Assembly (NCBI GenBank): GCA_963815455.1
Contig: CAWFGO010000001.1
Coordinates: 1,440,001 to 1,504,000 of the forward strand
Source of the DNA: an uncultured Verrucomicrobiae bacterium
GTDB lineage: Bacteria > Verrucomicrobiota > Verrucomicrobiia > Chthoniobacterales > UBA10450
Direction of reading: 5' to 3'
Length of the DNA: 64,000 nucleotides
Shown here: in pieces, positions 12,000 through 22,065 of the stretch
How positions within the stretch are numbered: position 1 is the stretch's first letter
Layout: each line of letters opens with the position of its first letter
Translations under genes and position numbers: made by a program
Notes under the pieces: generated by a model
Seen by the model: the letters and a program-made list of their open reading frames with translations, nothing else
What the model was told of the DNA's origin: nothing
Databases searched by the model: none

Positions 12000-14941
12000 T
12001 TTCTGTCCAAGAGCGGCCGCAGATACGTCCCGATGTGACTCTTCGGAAGATCGACAATCTTCTCCGGCGCTCCGGCGCCAACAATGTCGCCGCCCTGTTC
12101 GCCGCCTTCCGGACCGAGATCGATGATCCAATCCGCGCACTTTAATCATTTCCAGGTTATGTTCGATCACGATGAGCGTATTGCCGGCGTCGCGAAGTTT
12201 CATCAGCACTTGCAGCAATTTCTCGATATCGGCGAAATGCAATCCGGTCGTCGGTTCGTCCAAAATGTAGATGGTGCGTCCGGTCGCTTTCTTCGCCAGT
12301 TCGGTCGCGAGCTTTACCCGTTGTGCTTCGCCGCCGGAAAGTGTCGTGCCGGCCTGGCCAAGCTGCAAATAACCCAGGCCAACATCGAGCAGCGCGTTGA
12401 GCTTGTCCGAGATGCTGGGCACGTTTCGGAAAAAGCGCGCCGCTTCATCGATCGTCAGGTCGAGCACGTCGGCGATATTTTTTCCCTTATAGGTGATCTC
12501 GAGTGTCTCGCGATTGTAACGCCGGCCCGCGACAAACTTCGCATTGCACATACACGTCCGGCAAAAAGTGCATCTCGATCTTAATCAAGCCGCCGCCTTC
12601 GCAATTTTCGCAGCGGCCGCCCTTCACATTGAAACTGAAACGGCCCGCGTCGTACCCGCGGACGCGAGCCGTCGGCAGTTGCGAGAAAAGTTCGCGGATC
12701 GGCGCAAACGCGCCGGTGTAGGTGACCGGATTCGAGCGCGGGGTGCGCCCGATCGCGCTTTGATCGATTACAATCGCCTTGTCGATTTGCTCGACGCCGC
12801 GCAATGCCCGATATGCGCCCGGTTTTTCCTTCGAATTGTAAAAGCGGCGAAACAACGCGCGCCGCAGGATATCGTCCACCAATGTCGATTTTCCGCTCCC
12901 GGAAACGCCGGTTACGCAGGTGAAACAGCCCAAGCGGAAATGCGACATCGATGTTCTTTAGATTATTTTCCGCGGCCCCTTCGAGAACCAACCAGCCTTC
13001 TTCATTTTTTGCTTCGCGATTTCGGACAGAGCGGGGTTTTGTGCGCTGCTTGGGAACCGGGATTCGTAAGCGACCAGAAAGATAATCGGCAGTCAGGGAA
13101 TTCTTCGCCGCGCAGAACATCTTCAAGTGTTCCCTGGGCCACGATCTCGCCGCCGCGCGGTCCGGCGCCCGGGCCAAGATCGATAATGTGATCGGCGGCG
13201 CGAATGGTTTCCTCGTCATGCTCGACGACGATAACGGAATTGCCAAGATCGCGCAGCCGGCGCAAGCGTCCCGAGCAGACGGGCATTGTCGCGCTGGTGC
13301 AGGCCGATGCTCGGTTCGTCGAGAACATAAAGTACACCGGCCAGGCCGGAACCGATCTGAGTGGCCAGGCGAATTCGTTGCGCTTCGCCGCCGCTCAACG
13401 TCCCGCTCTCGCGATCGAGCGTAAGATAGCCCAGACCGACCTCGACCAGGAATTGCAGCCGCGATTGAATTTCGCGGACGACGTCGGCCGCGATCTGCTT
13501 CTGTGGCGCGGTCAGGGCGAGATTGTCGATGTAACGCGCCGCCGCCTCGGTCGTTTGTTCGCTGAATTGATGAATGTTGAGCTCGCGACCGTCTCGATCC
13601 TTGATCGTAACCGCGAGGATTTCCGGCTTTAGCCGCGCACCGCCGCATTTTTTGCAGGGCACCCGCGTCATAAACGAGCGGATGCGGTTGCGGGTGAACT
13701 CGCTCTGGGTTTCTTCGTAGAGTCGCTGCATCTGCGGCACCAGACCTTCAAACGGACGGTTCTTTTCTCCGCCTGCTCGCGATTTATCGGAGTTGCCGCC
13801 GAACTTCATCTCAATCGGCTGGCCATTCGTGCCGAAATAGAGCGCATCTTTGAATTCGTTCGGCAAATTGGCGAACGGCACATCTTCATCAACGTGAAAA
13901 TGTTTCACCAGCGCGCCTTGCAAATGCCGATAGTAAGCCTGCATCCGCTTGGTGCCGCGTCGCCAGGGCATAATCGCGCCTTCGGCAATCGTTTTTCCCG
14001 GATCCGGGATCATCAACTCGGGATCGAGAACCTGCTGCGTCCCGAGCCCGTGACAGGCCGGACAAGCTCCGAGATGGCTGTTGAACGAAAAATGTTTCGG
14101 GCGTCAGCTCGCCCAGCGTAAATCCGGTTTCCGCGTTTCCATAATCGGTCGAGTAGCGCACTTCTTCCCAGTCTCCTAATTGGGCGTTGGGCGTGGATCT
14201 TCGGTTGGCTTCTCCTCTTCAGCGCCACCAATCGGTTCTCGCCCCATCTCAGCGCCGTTTCCATCGAATCGGTCAACCGCACGCGGATCCCTTCCCGAAC
14301 CACGAGTCGATCGACCACGGCCTCGATCGTGTGCCGCATGTTTTTCTTCAGACCGGATCGGATCGGGTCGATCCAGCTCGACGATTTCCCCATCCACGCG
14401 CACCCGGACAAAGCCTTCGCGTTTTGCCTTTTCGATCACATCGCGAAATTCGCCGCGTCTGATCCTGCACCAGCGGCGCCAGCAAAATGATTTTCGAGTC
14501 CGGCGCATAGGCCAGGACTTGATCCACAATTTGTTGCGGCGTTTGGCGGTGAATCGGCTGACCCGTCGCCGGGATCGTGGGGCTGGCCGACCGCCGAGAA
14601 AAGGACGCGCAAGTAATCGTAAATCTCCGTCGTGGTGGCGATTGTCGATCTTGGGATTTGCGCCCGCGCTGCGCTGCTCGATGGCGATGGCGGGAGAAAG
14701 GCCCTCGATGAAATCGACGTCCGGCTTTTCCATCTGATCGAGGAACTGCCGGGCGTAGGCCGACAGGCTCTCGACGTATCGCCGTCTGCCCCTCCGCATA
14801 CAGGGTATCGAAGGCGAGCGACGATTTCCCCGAGCCGCTCAGCCCGGTGATGACGACCAGCTTCTCCCGCGGGATTTCGACGTGGAGATTTTTGAGATTG
14901 TGCTGGCGCGCACCACTGATCTTGATAACTTGCGCAGGCAT
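11996..14941 (-). CDS. uvrA: excinuclease ABC subunit A (multiple frameshifts)
   Basis: 'GARQHNLKN', '[20 protein letters not shown]', two 'LSGGEAQR', '[10 protein letters not shown]', 'GRTPRSNP', 'LDEPTTGLH'. Confidence 0.95.
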
Positions 14942-15010
14942 TTTGACGAAAAATGTCGAACCTTTAAGTCAAGCACAGCCGCCCCGTTTCTCCAGCGAAA
15001 TTCCCCGAAA

Positions 15011-15268
15011 ATGAAGGATACCGGTCAACCCATCACCCCTGCCGAACTCGAGCAGTTGCGAAAGAAATTCAGCGAGATCAAGCACTCGATCAATAACGCC
15101 CTTGCCGTCATGATGGCGCTTTCCGAGATGTCGCAACGCCGGCCCGATTATTCCGAGAAGCTGGCCAGCACCGTCTTGAGCAAAGCGCCCCAGATTGTCG
15201 CCAGCTTGCAGGAATTTACCCAGGCCTTGAACGAGAAGGCGGGAATCAAAGCGGCCGAACCGAAGTAG
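15011..15268 (+). CDS. small helical protein resembling a stand-alone HisKA/DHp domain
   Basis: '[20 protein letters not shown]' resembles the kinase H-box HE(I/L)xNPL. Confidence 0.55.
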   Translation: MKDTGQPITPAELEQLRKKFSEIKHSINNALAVMMALSEMSQRRPDYSEKLASTVLSKAPQIVASLQEFTQALNEKAGIKAAEPK

Positions 15269-15291
15269 TTTCATCCCGACAGCTGCTGGGT

Positions 15292-15989
15292 ATGGAAGCG
15301 GCATCCGGCCGGAAAATCCTGATCGTCGAGGACGAGAGGGACGTTGTCGATCTTCTCACCTTGAATCTTCGTAAAGCCGGCGGGTTTGCGGTTTCGACGG
15401 CCCACGATGGCGTGACTGGGCTGAGCAAAGCCCGTTCGGAAAAGCCGGCCTTCATCATTCTGGATCTGATGTTGCCGAAAATGCCGGGCCTGGAAGCTGT
15501 GCAAGATCCTGAAGACCGATTCCGCCACGCGCCACATACCGATCATGATGTTGACCGCCAAAGCCGAGGAAATCGATCGCATCGTGGGCTTGGAGTTTGG
15601 GGCTGATGACTACGTCACCAAACCGTTCAGTCCGCGCGAAGTCGTGTTGCGCATTCAAGGCGATCCTGCGCCGGGCCGAGGTAAAACAGGATGACGAACG
15701 TCTCACCGCCGGTTCGATAACAATCGATCCGGCCCGCCACGAAGTCTCCGTTAGCGGCAAGCGGGTGAATCTCACCAGCCTCGAGTTCAAACTTTTGCGC
15801 ACCCTGATGCAGCGACGCGGCCGGGTCCAGGCCCGCGACCGTTTGCTCAACGAAGTCTGGGGTTACGAAAGCGTGATCGACACTCGAACGGTGGATACCC
15901 ATGTGCGCCGGTTGCGCGAGAAGCTGGGCAAGGCCGGCGATGTTGTCGAAACCGTGCGTGGCTTTGGTTACCGCTTGCGGGAAAAATAG
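15292..15989 (+). CDS. phoB: OmpR-family response regulator, PhoB-like (frameshifted)
   Basis: 'ILIVEDE', 'LDLMLP', '[14 protein letters not shown]', winged helix '[14 protein letters not shown]'; next to pst operon. Confidence 0.8.
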
Positions 15990-15995
15990 ACGCGC

Positions 15996-17325
15996 ATGTT
16001 TTGGATCCTCGTCTGCGCTATCGGCGCATCGGCAATTGGCCTGGTTTGGGTGGCCTGGCGAAAATCGACCGCGCCCTGGCGCCATGTCGAAAATCTTGTT
16101 GGACCAAATATCGCGCGGTGAACGCCCGCGAACGTTTTTGGTCGAAGGCGGCGCCGGATCGAAGCGGGTCGGCCTCGCGCTGGAGAATATTTTTGCGCGT
16201 CAGGAGGAACTCGAGCGGCAGATCGCCGGGCGCGAATCCGGCACGCAAACGATCCTTCGCGCGATGCAGGACGGCCTTCTGGTAGTCGATTCGAGCCGGC
16301 GCGTGATGCTGATGAACCGCGCTTTTCGTAAACTGTTCGGCCTGCCCAGAACTTCGCCCGGCACGCCGCTGCTCGATTTTCTCCGGGATGCAGATTTGGA
16401 GCGGCTCATCGCGGAAACGCTCCGGACGGGTGAAGTGATGCAGAGCGAATTGGTTCTCCCGGGTCCTACCGCCGAACGGCATGTCGAGATCAACGCCGTC
16501 CCGATGAAGGACGATGTCGATCTTACCACCGGCGCGGTGATTGTGTTTCACGACATCACCCAGCTGAAACAAGCCGACCGGGTCCGTCGCGATTTCGTGG
16601 CGAATGTTTCACACGAATTGCGCACACCGTTGTCGATCCTGCGCGGTTATATCGAGACATTGCGTGATCAACCCGAAACGTCGCCCGCGGAGCTTTCCCG
16701 GATTTTGGAAGTCATGGAGCGCCATTCCAAGCGGCTCGGATTGCTCGTTGAGGACCTGCTTTCGCTCGCCGAATTGGAATCGAGCACGCCGCATCTGCAA
16801 CTCAACGATGTGCGCCTGGCGGAATTATTCGCCAACGTCGTCCGCGATTGGGAAAGGAAGTTGGCGGACAAGAAGTTGCAAGCAGTTGTCGATCTCGCGC
16901 CGGATACGCCAGCGACCATTCGGGCCGATGAAACGCGGCTCCAGGAAGTCCTCTACAACCTGCTCGATAACGCCGTGAAATATTCTCCCGAAAACGGCGA
17001 GATTCGCCTTCAAGCCGAGCCTCGCAGTGTAGCCGCGGGTCGAAGACTCGCCGTGGAGAGCACTGACCGCGGAACGCACCCGCCCGAAATTGTCCTAAGC
17101 GTCAGCGACGACGGAGTGGGCATTCCGCAGGAAGATTTACCCCGCATATTCGAGAGATTTTATCGAGCCGACAAAGCGCGCAGTCGCGAGCTCGGCGGCA
17201 CCGGCCTCGGCCTCGCCATCGTAAAACACATCGCCCAACTCCACGGCGGCCGGGTCGAAGCCCGAAGCGAGCCGGGCAAAGGCACGACCATTCGCATAAT
17301 CCTGCCGGTTGTCACACAAACGTAA
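15996..17325 (+). CDS. phoR: PAS sensor histidine kinase, PhoR-like (frameshift near N-terminus)
   Basis: 'DFVANVSHELRTPL', 'NLLDNAVKY', 'DDGVGI', 'GGTGLGLAIVKH'. Confidence 0.85.
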
Positions 17326-17330
17326 CAGTA
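17309..17330 (+). promoter_or_regulatory. putative PHO box upstream of pstS
   Basis: GTCACA (17311) and GTAACA (17322) direct repeats with 11-bp period, overlapping the phoR stop. Confidence 0.55.
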
Positions 17331-17372
17331 AAGCCTTTGACCCCTTGGAGCCGGGTGCGGCAACTTCGTTGC

Positions 17373-18467
17373 ATGAAACTCCAAAGACCTCGCGCTTTTA
17401 CTCGACGGGAAGCTGTCCCGCCTCCGCCGGGCTACGGCGCGGCGAGCACCTTCCCCTACAGGCCAAGAATCATAGGGCTCGCGCTTCTGTTTGCACTGAT
17501 CGGTTCAGCCTGGGCGCAAAACCCGCTGATGATTAACGGCGCGGGTGCGACGTTCCCGTATCCGATCTACTCGAAGTGGTTCGATGAGTATACCAAGGTC
17601 GATCCCTCCGTCCGGTTTAATTATCAATCGATCGGTTCCGGCGGCGGGCAGAAGCAGATTATGGCGCAGACAGTCGATTTCGGCGCATCGGATGGGCCGA
17701 TGAGCGATGACAATCTGTCCAAGGCTCCCGGCAAAATTCTGCACATTCCCACAGTCGCAGGCGCGGTGGTGATGACTTACAACGTCGAGGACAATCCGGC
17801 GCTAAAACTCGATGGCGAGACGATTGCCGGCATTTTTCTCGGCAAGATAAAAAAGTGGAACGACCCGAAGATCGCGGCCACGAATCCGGGAGTAAAATTA
17901 CCGGACAAAGAAATCATTGTGGTCCATCGCTCCGACGGCAGCGGCACGACATTTATTTTCACCGATTACCTGAGCAAGGTGAGTGCGGAATGGAAAGGGA
18001 AGGCCGGGAACAACACGTCGGTGAATTGGCCGACGGGGATTGGCGGCAAAGGGAACGAAGGCGTAGCCGGCCAGGTGAAACAAACGCCGGGCGCGCTCGG
18101 TTACGTGGAATTGATTTATGCGATCCAGAACAAAATGTCCTACGCGGATGTGAAAAACGCTGCGGGCGAATTCGTTAAGCCAACATTGGAATCGGTGACG
18201 GCCGCTCTGGCCACGGCTGATGTCCCGGATGATTTCCGGTTTTCGATGACGAACGCGCCGGGCAAGGACGCTTACCCGATCGCGGGCGCGACCTGGCTGC
18301 TGGTTTACCAGCAGCAGAAGGACGCTGCCAAAGGCAAGAAGGTGGTCGAGTTTTTGAAATGGGCGCTGACCAAGGGCGAAGGAATGTCGAAGCAGCTCGA
18401 TTACGCGCCATTGCCGGCGGCGCTGCAAGAGAGGGTTCTTAAGCGGGTCGGAGAGATCAAGTATTAG
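17373..18467 (+). CDS. pstS: phosphate ABC transporter substrate-binding protein
   Basis: 'GAGATFPYPIY', 'GSGGG', 'DFGASD', 'RSDGSGTT'. Confidence 0.95.
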   Translation: MKLQRPRAFTRREAVPPPPGYGAASTFPYRPRIIGLALLFALIGSAWAQNPLMINGAGATFPYPIYSKWFDEYTKVDPSVRFNYQSIGSGGGQKQIMAQTVDFGASDGPMSDDNLSKAPGKILHIPTVAGAVVMTYNVEDNPALKLDGETIAGIFLGKIKKWNDPKIAATNPGVKLPDKEIIVVHRSDGSGTTFIFTDYLSKVSAEWKGKAGNNTSVNWPTGIGGKGNEGVAGQVKQTPGALGYVELIYAIQNKMSYADVKNAAGEFVKPTLESVTAALATADVPDDFRFSMTNAPGKDAYPIAGATWLLVYQQQKDAAKGKKVVEFLKWALTKGEGMSKQLDYAPLPAALQERVLKRVGEIKY

Positions 18468-18468
18468 C

Positions 18469-19476
18469 ATGGCGCAGGCGACTTTCGTCGGCGCACCCGG
18501 AGGTCGCGCCCTACCTTTGGCAGAAATGCGCGCTGGGGCGAAGATGGCCAGGCCGTCGCGGTATGCCGATAAGGCATTCGAGTGGCTTACGCTCGGGATG
18601 GCGATGGCCGTCATCGTGCTGGTGTTTCTTATCGGCTGGCAACTGGCGCGCGGCTCATCCCTGGCGATCCAGAAATTCGGATTCAATTTTCTGGCAACAT
18701 CGACATGGGATCCGGTGGCGGAACAGTTCGGCGCGTTGCCGTTCATTTATGGAACAGCGATCTCGTCGCTCATAGCCCTGGTAATTGCCGTGCCGCTCAG
18801 CATTGCGACGGCGATCTATCTCACGGAACTCGCGCCGCGCTGGATTCGGCAGCCGCTCGTTTCGCTGATCGAAATGCTGGCGGCGATTCCGAGCGTGATC
18901 CTCGGATTATGGGGCATCTTCGTGATGATCCCGTGGCTCCGCGATCATCCATTTCCGTTCCTGAAGGAAACGCTCGGTTGGACGCCGTTGTTTACCGGCC
19001 CGATCTACGGGCCGAGCATGCTGGCTGGCGGAATCATTGTTGCGATCATGATTTTGCCGATCATCACGTCCATCTCGCGGGAGATTCTGCGCAGCGTTCC
19101 GAACTTGCAGCGGGAAGCGGCCTACGCACTCGGCGCGACCCGTTGGGAAGTCACGCGCATCGCAGTGCTCAGTTATGCCAGGAAAGGTTTGTTCGGCGCG
19201 GTCATTCTTGGGCTCGGCCGAGCGCTGGGTGAAACAATGGCCGTTACGATGGTGATCGGCAATACGCCGCAGATCGCAGCGTCGCTCTTCAAGCCCGGTT
19301 ACACGCTGGCCAGCGTCATTGCCAATGAATTCGCCGAAGCGACGACTGATCTTTATCTGGCGACGCTGTTTGAAATCGGGCTCGTTCTTTTTGGAGTGAC
19401 GATTTTGGTGAACCTGATCGCGCAGCTTCTTCTCAAAACCATGACCAACACTTCGGCGACCCGGGCCGTTCAATAA
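18469..19476 (+). CDS. pstC: phosphate ABC permease
   Basis: 'LAAIPSVILGLWG', 'EAAYALGATRWE', 'RALGETMAV'. Confidence 0.95.
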   Translation: MAQATFVGAPGGRALPLAEMRAGAKMARPSRYADKAFEWLTLGMAMAVIVLVFLIGWQLARGSSLAIQKFGFNFLATSTWDPVAEQFGALPFIYGTAISSLIALVIAVPLSIATAIYLTELAPRWIRQPLVSLIEMLAAIPSVILGLWGIFVMIPWLRDHPFPFLKETLGWTPLFTGPIYGPSMLAGGIIVAIMILPIITSISREILRSVPNLQREAAYALGATRWEVTRIAVLSYARKGLFGAVILGLGRALGETMAVTMVIGNTPQIAASLFKPGYTLASVIANEFAEATTDLYLATLFEIGLVLFGVTILVNLIAQLLLKTMTNTSATRAVQ

Positions 19477-19478
19477 CC

Positions 19479-20336
19479 ATGGGGGCAGCTCGAGCTAACA
19501 ATCATACCTGGCGCACCATCAAGAGTGCGCTTGCCTCCGCCGGAACCTTTGTTTCGGCGATCCTGGTTATCGCGCCTCTGGCCCTGGTCTTTTTCTACGT
19601 GCTTAAAATGGGCGCCGGAGCGGTGAACCTCGATTTCTTTACTCATTTGCCGACTCCGGTAGGCGCTCACGGCGGCGGTATGGCCAATGCCATCGTTGGA
19701 ACGCTGGAGTTGCTGGCGCTCGCTTCCATCATCGGAATCCCGATTGGTGTTTTGGGCGGCGTGTATCTCGCCGAGTACGGCACAGCGCGCGCGAATTCGT
19801 TGCTCCGCTTTGTCGCCGACGTGCTCAACGGCGTGCCATCGATCACCTGGGGCGTTGTCGTTTACGGACTCGTCGTGTTGCGGTTCAAGGGGTTTTCCGC
19901 CTATGCCGGTGGGCTCGCCCTTGGGTTGATCATGATTCCGCTGATCCTGCGAACGACCGAAGAAGTAATCTTGCTGGTGCCGAATGGTTATCGCGAAGCC
20001 GCCCTCGCGCTCGGGATCGCGCGCTGGAAAACAATCGTGCACATCGTGATAAAGACCGCTTCCAAGGGGATCATTACGGGAATCCTGCTTGCCCTGGCCC
20101 GGATCGGCGGCGAAACCGCTCCGCTCCTATTCACCGCTTTCGGTAACCGCTTCTGGAACCACAGTCTGAACGAGCCGATTGCCGCGCTGCCACTGCAGAT
20201 TTTTACCTACGCGATTTCCCCCTATGACGATTGGCATCGCCAGGCCTGGGCCGGCGCCCTTGTGCTCGTCACCGGGGTTTTTTGCGTTAATGTGCTGGTG
20301 AGATTTCTCACCCGTCAGCGCGCCGCATCGGTGTAG
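19479..20336 (+). CDS. pstA: phosphate ABC permease
   Basis: 'GVPSI', 'EAALALG', '[10 protein letters not shown]'. Confidence 0.95.
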   Translation: MGAARANNHTWRTIKSALASAGTFVSAILVIAPLALVFFYVLKMGAGAVNLDFFTHLPTPVGAHGGGMANAIVGTLELLALASIIGIPIGVLGGVYLAEYGTARANSLLRFVADVLNGVPSITWGVVVYGLVVLRFKGFSAYAGGLALGLIMIPLILRTTEEVILLVPNGYREAALALGIARWKTIVHIVIKTASKGIITGILLALARIGGETAPLLFTAFGNRFWNHSLNEPIAALPLQIFTYAISPYDDWHRQAWAGALVLVTGVFCVNVLVRFLTRQRAASV

Positions 20337-20347
20337 GAATTCTCGAA

Positions 20348-21199
20348 ATGGTTGCCTCGCTTATGCCGTCGCCAGATCCAGTCATCCTCGAACATCGCGA
20401 GGCGCGCGGGACTGATTCTACGCCGGAGCCCGAGTCGGCACTGCCCCTGGCTTTCGAGGTAAGAAATCTGTCGATGTGGTACGGCGGCAAGCGCGCCATC
20501 GATGATGTAACGCTCAACATCCCCGCAAAAGCGGTCACCGCCATTATCGGGCCGAGCGGCTGCGGGAAATCGACGTTTCTCCGTAGTCTCAACCGGATGC
20601 ACGAGCTGGTGCCGCGAACACGCATTGAAGGTTCGGTGCTGTTGCATGGCGAAAATCTTTACGCCAAGGATGTCGATCCCGCCGTTGTGCGTCGCCGAAT
20701 CGGCATGGTGTTCCAAAAATCGAATCCGTTCCCGACGATGTCGATCGGCGAAAACGTGATCATCGGGCTGCGCCTGAATGGAGTGCGCGACCGGAAATTT
20801 CTAAACGAACAGTTGGAAAAATCGCTGCGGATGGCGGCGCTTTGGGATGAAGTAAAGGACGATCTGCACAAGGCGGGCACGAGTTTGTCCGGCGGGCAAC
20901 AGCAGCGGCTGTGCATCGCCCGCGCGCTGGCGGTCGAGCCGGAAGTAGTTTTAATGGACGAACCCTGTTCGGCGCTCGACCCGATCGCCACGGCCAAGAT
21001 CGAGGAACTCATTCACGGACTCAAAGCTCAATACACCATCGTCATTGTGACTCACAACATGCAGCAGGCGGGGCGTGTGTCCGATTTCACCGCCTTCTTT
21101 TATATCGGTCGGCTTATCGAGCTTGGGCTTACCACAAGAATCTTCACCAATCCAAGCCAAAGACAGACCGAGGATTATATTACAGGGCGGTTTGGATAA
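20348..21199 (+). CDS. pstB: phosphate ABC ATPase
   Basis: 'GPSGCGKST', '[15 protein letters not shown]', 'DEPCSALDP', '[10 protein letters not shown]'. Confidence 0.97.
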   Translation: MVASLMPSPDPVILEHREARGTDSTPEPESALPLAFEVRNLSMWYGGKRAIDDVTLNIPAKAVTAIIGPSGCGKSTFLRSLNRMHELVPRTRIEGSVLLHGENLYAKDVDPAVVRRRIGMVFQKSNPFPTMSIGENVIIGLRLNGVRDRKFLNEQLEKSLRMAALWDEVKDDLHKAGTSLSGGQQQRLCIARALAVEPEVVLMDEPCSALDPIATAKIEELIHGLKAQYTIVIVTHNMQQAGRVSDFTAFFYIGRLIELGLTTRIFTNPSQRQTEDYITGRFG

Positions 21200-21257
21200 T
21201 GCTGTAGGGGAAGCGTTGCACTTGCCGAGGCGGGAGGAAGAGTGAGAGTAAGAGCGA

Positions 21258-21962
21258 ATGGAGAGGGAAATTGAGATGACCCCACCGAAACATATTCTTG
21301 GGACATTTGATCAGGCACTGGCTTCGCTGCGCAACGACGTGCTCATGATGGCCGGCTTGGCCGAGCGCAGCCTCGACCGTGCGATCAAGGGCTTGCTCCA
21401 GCGTGACGACAATCTTTGCGCTAACGCGATCGCGGATGACGAAGAGATCGACCAGCTGGAAAAACAGATCGACAAGGACGGCGTAGATATTTTGCTGCGT
21501 TATCAACCCGTGGCGTCCGATTTGCGGCGGGTGATTGCGGCGATGAAACTTTCCCCCAATATCGAGCGCGTGGGCGATCAGGCCACCAGCATTGCCCGGC
21601 GCGCCCGAAAATTGAACAGGCATCCGGCTTTGCCCGAAGTGGAATTGATGGTTCCAATCCGAGCGCACGCGGTCTCGATGTTCAAGGACAGCGTCGATGC
21701 GTTCGTCCACGAAGATGTCAATCTTGCCCGGGACGTCGTTTCCCGCGACAACGTTCTGGACGAAATGAATCGGGCGGCCAATCGCAAGCTGACCGAACTC
21801 ATGGCCAAGAATCCGGATCACCTTCGCGGCTATCTCAATTTGATCTTTGTTGCCCGCTGTCTGGAACGCGTAGGCGATCACGCCACCAACATCGCCGAGG
21901 ACGCCGTTTACGCCGCCGCGGCCGAGGATATTCGGCATCAACCTTTCGTTGCCTCGAGCTAA
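21258..21962 (+). CDS. phoU: phosphate signalling protein
   Basis: 'QPVASDLR', two 'ERVGD' repeats. Confidence 0.93.
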   Translation: MEREIEMTPPKHILGTFDQALASLRNDVLMMAGLAERSLDRAIKGLLQRDDNLCANAIADDEEIDQLEKQIDKDGVDILLRYQPVASDLRRVIAAMKLSPNIERVGDQATSIARRARKLNRHPALPEVELMVPIRAHAVSMFKDSVDAFVHEDVNLARDVVSRDNVLDEMNRAANRKLTELMAKNPDHLRGYLNLIFVARCLERVGDHATNIAEDAVYAAAAEDIRHQPFVASS

Positions 21963-21974
21963 GACATGGGCCTA

Positions 21975-22065
21975 GTCATCCTGAGCGCAGCGCAGCGGAG
22001 TCGAAGAATCCCGTGACAATGCGTTCTGGAGCTCAACGGGATTCCTCGACTGCGCTCGGAATGAC
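21975..22065. repeat. GTCAT..GAGC / GCTC..ATGAC palindromic repeat, copy a
   Basis: Inverted arms GTCATCCTGAGCGCAG..GAATCCCGT / ACGGGATTCCTCGACTGCGCTCGGAATGAC. Confidence 0.85.

Noticed and set aside
10893..12551. Apparent UvrA-TPR fusion ORF
   Set aside because: Produced by an indel near 12140; the natural uvrA stop (11996) overlaps the TPR gene ATG
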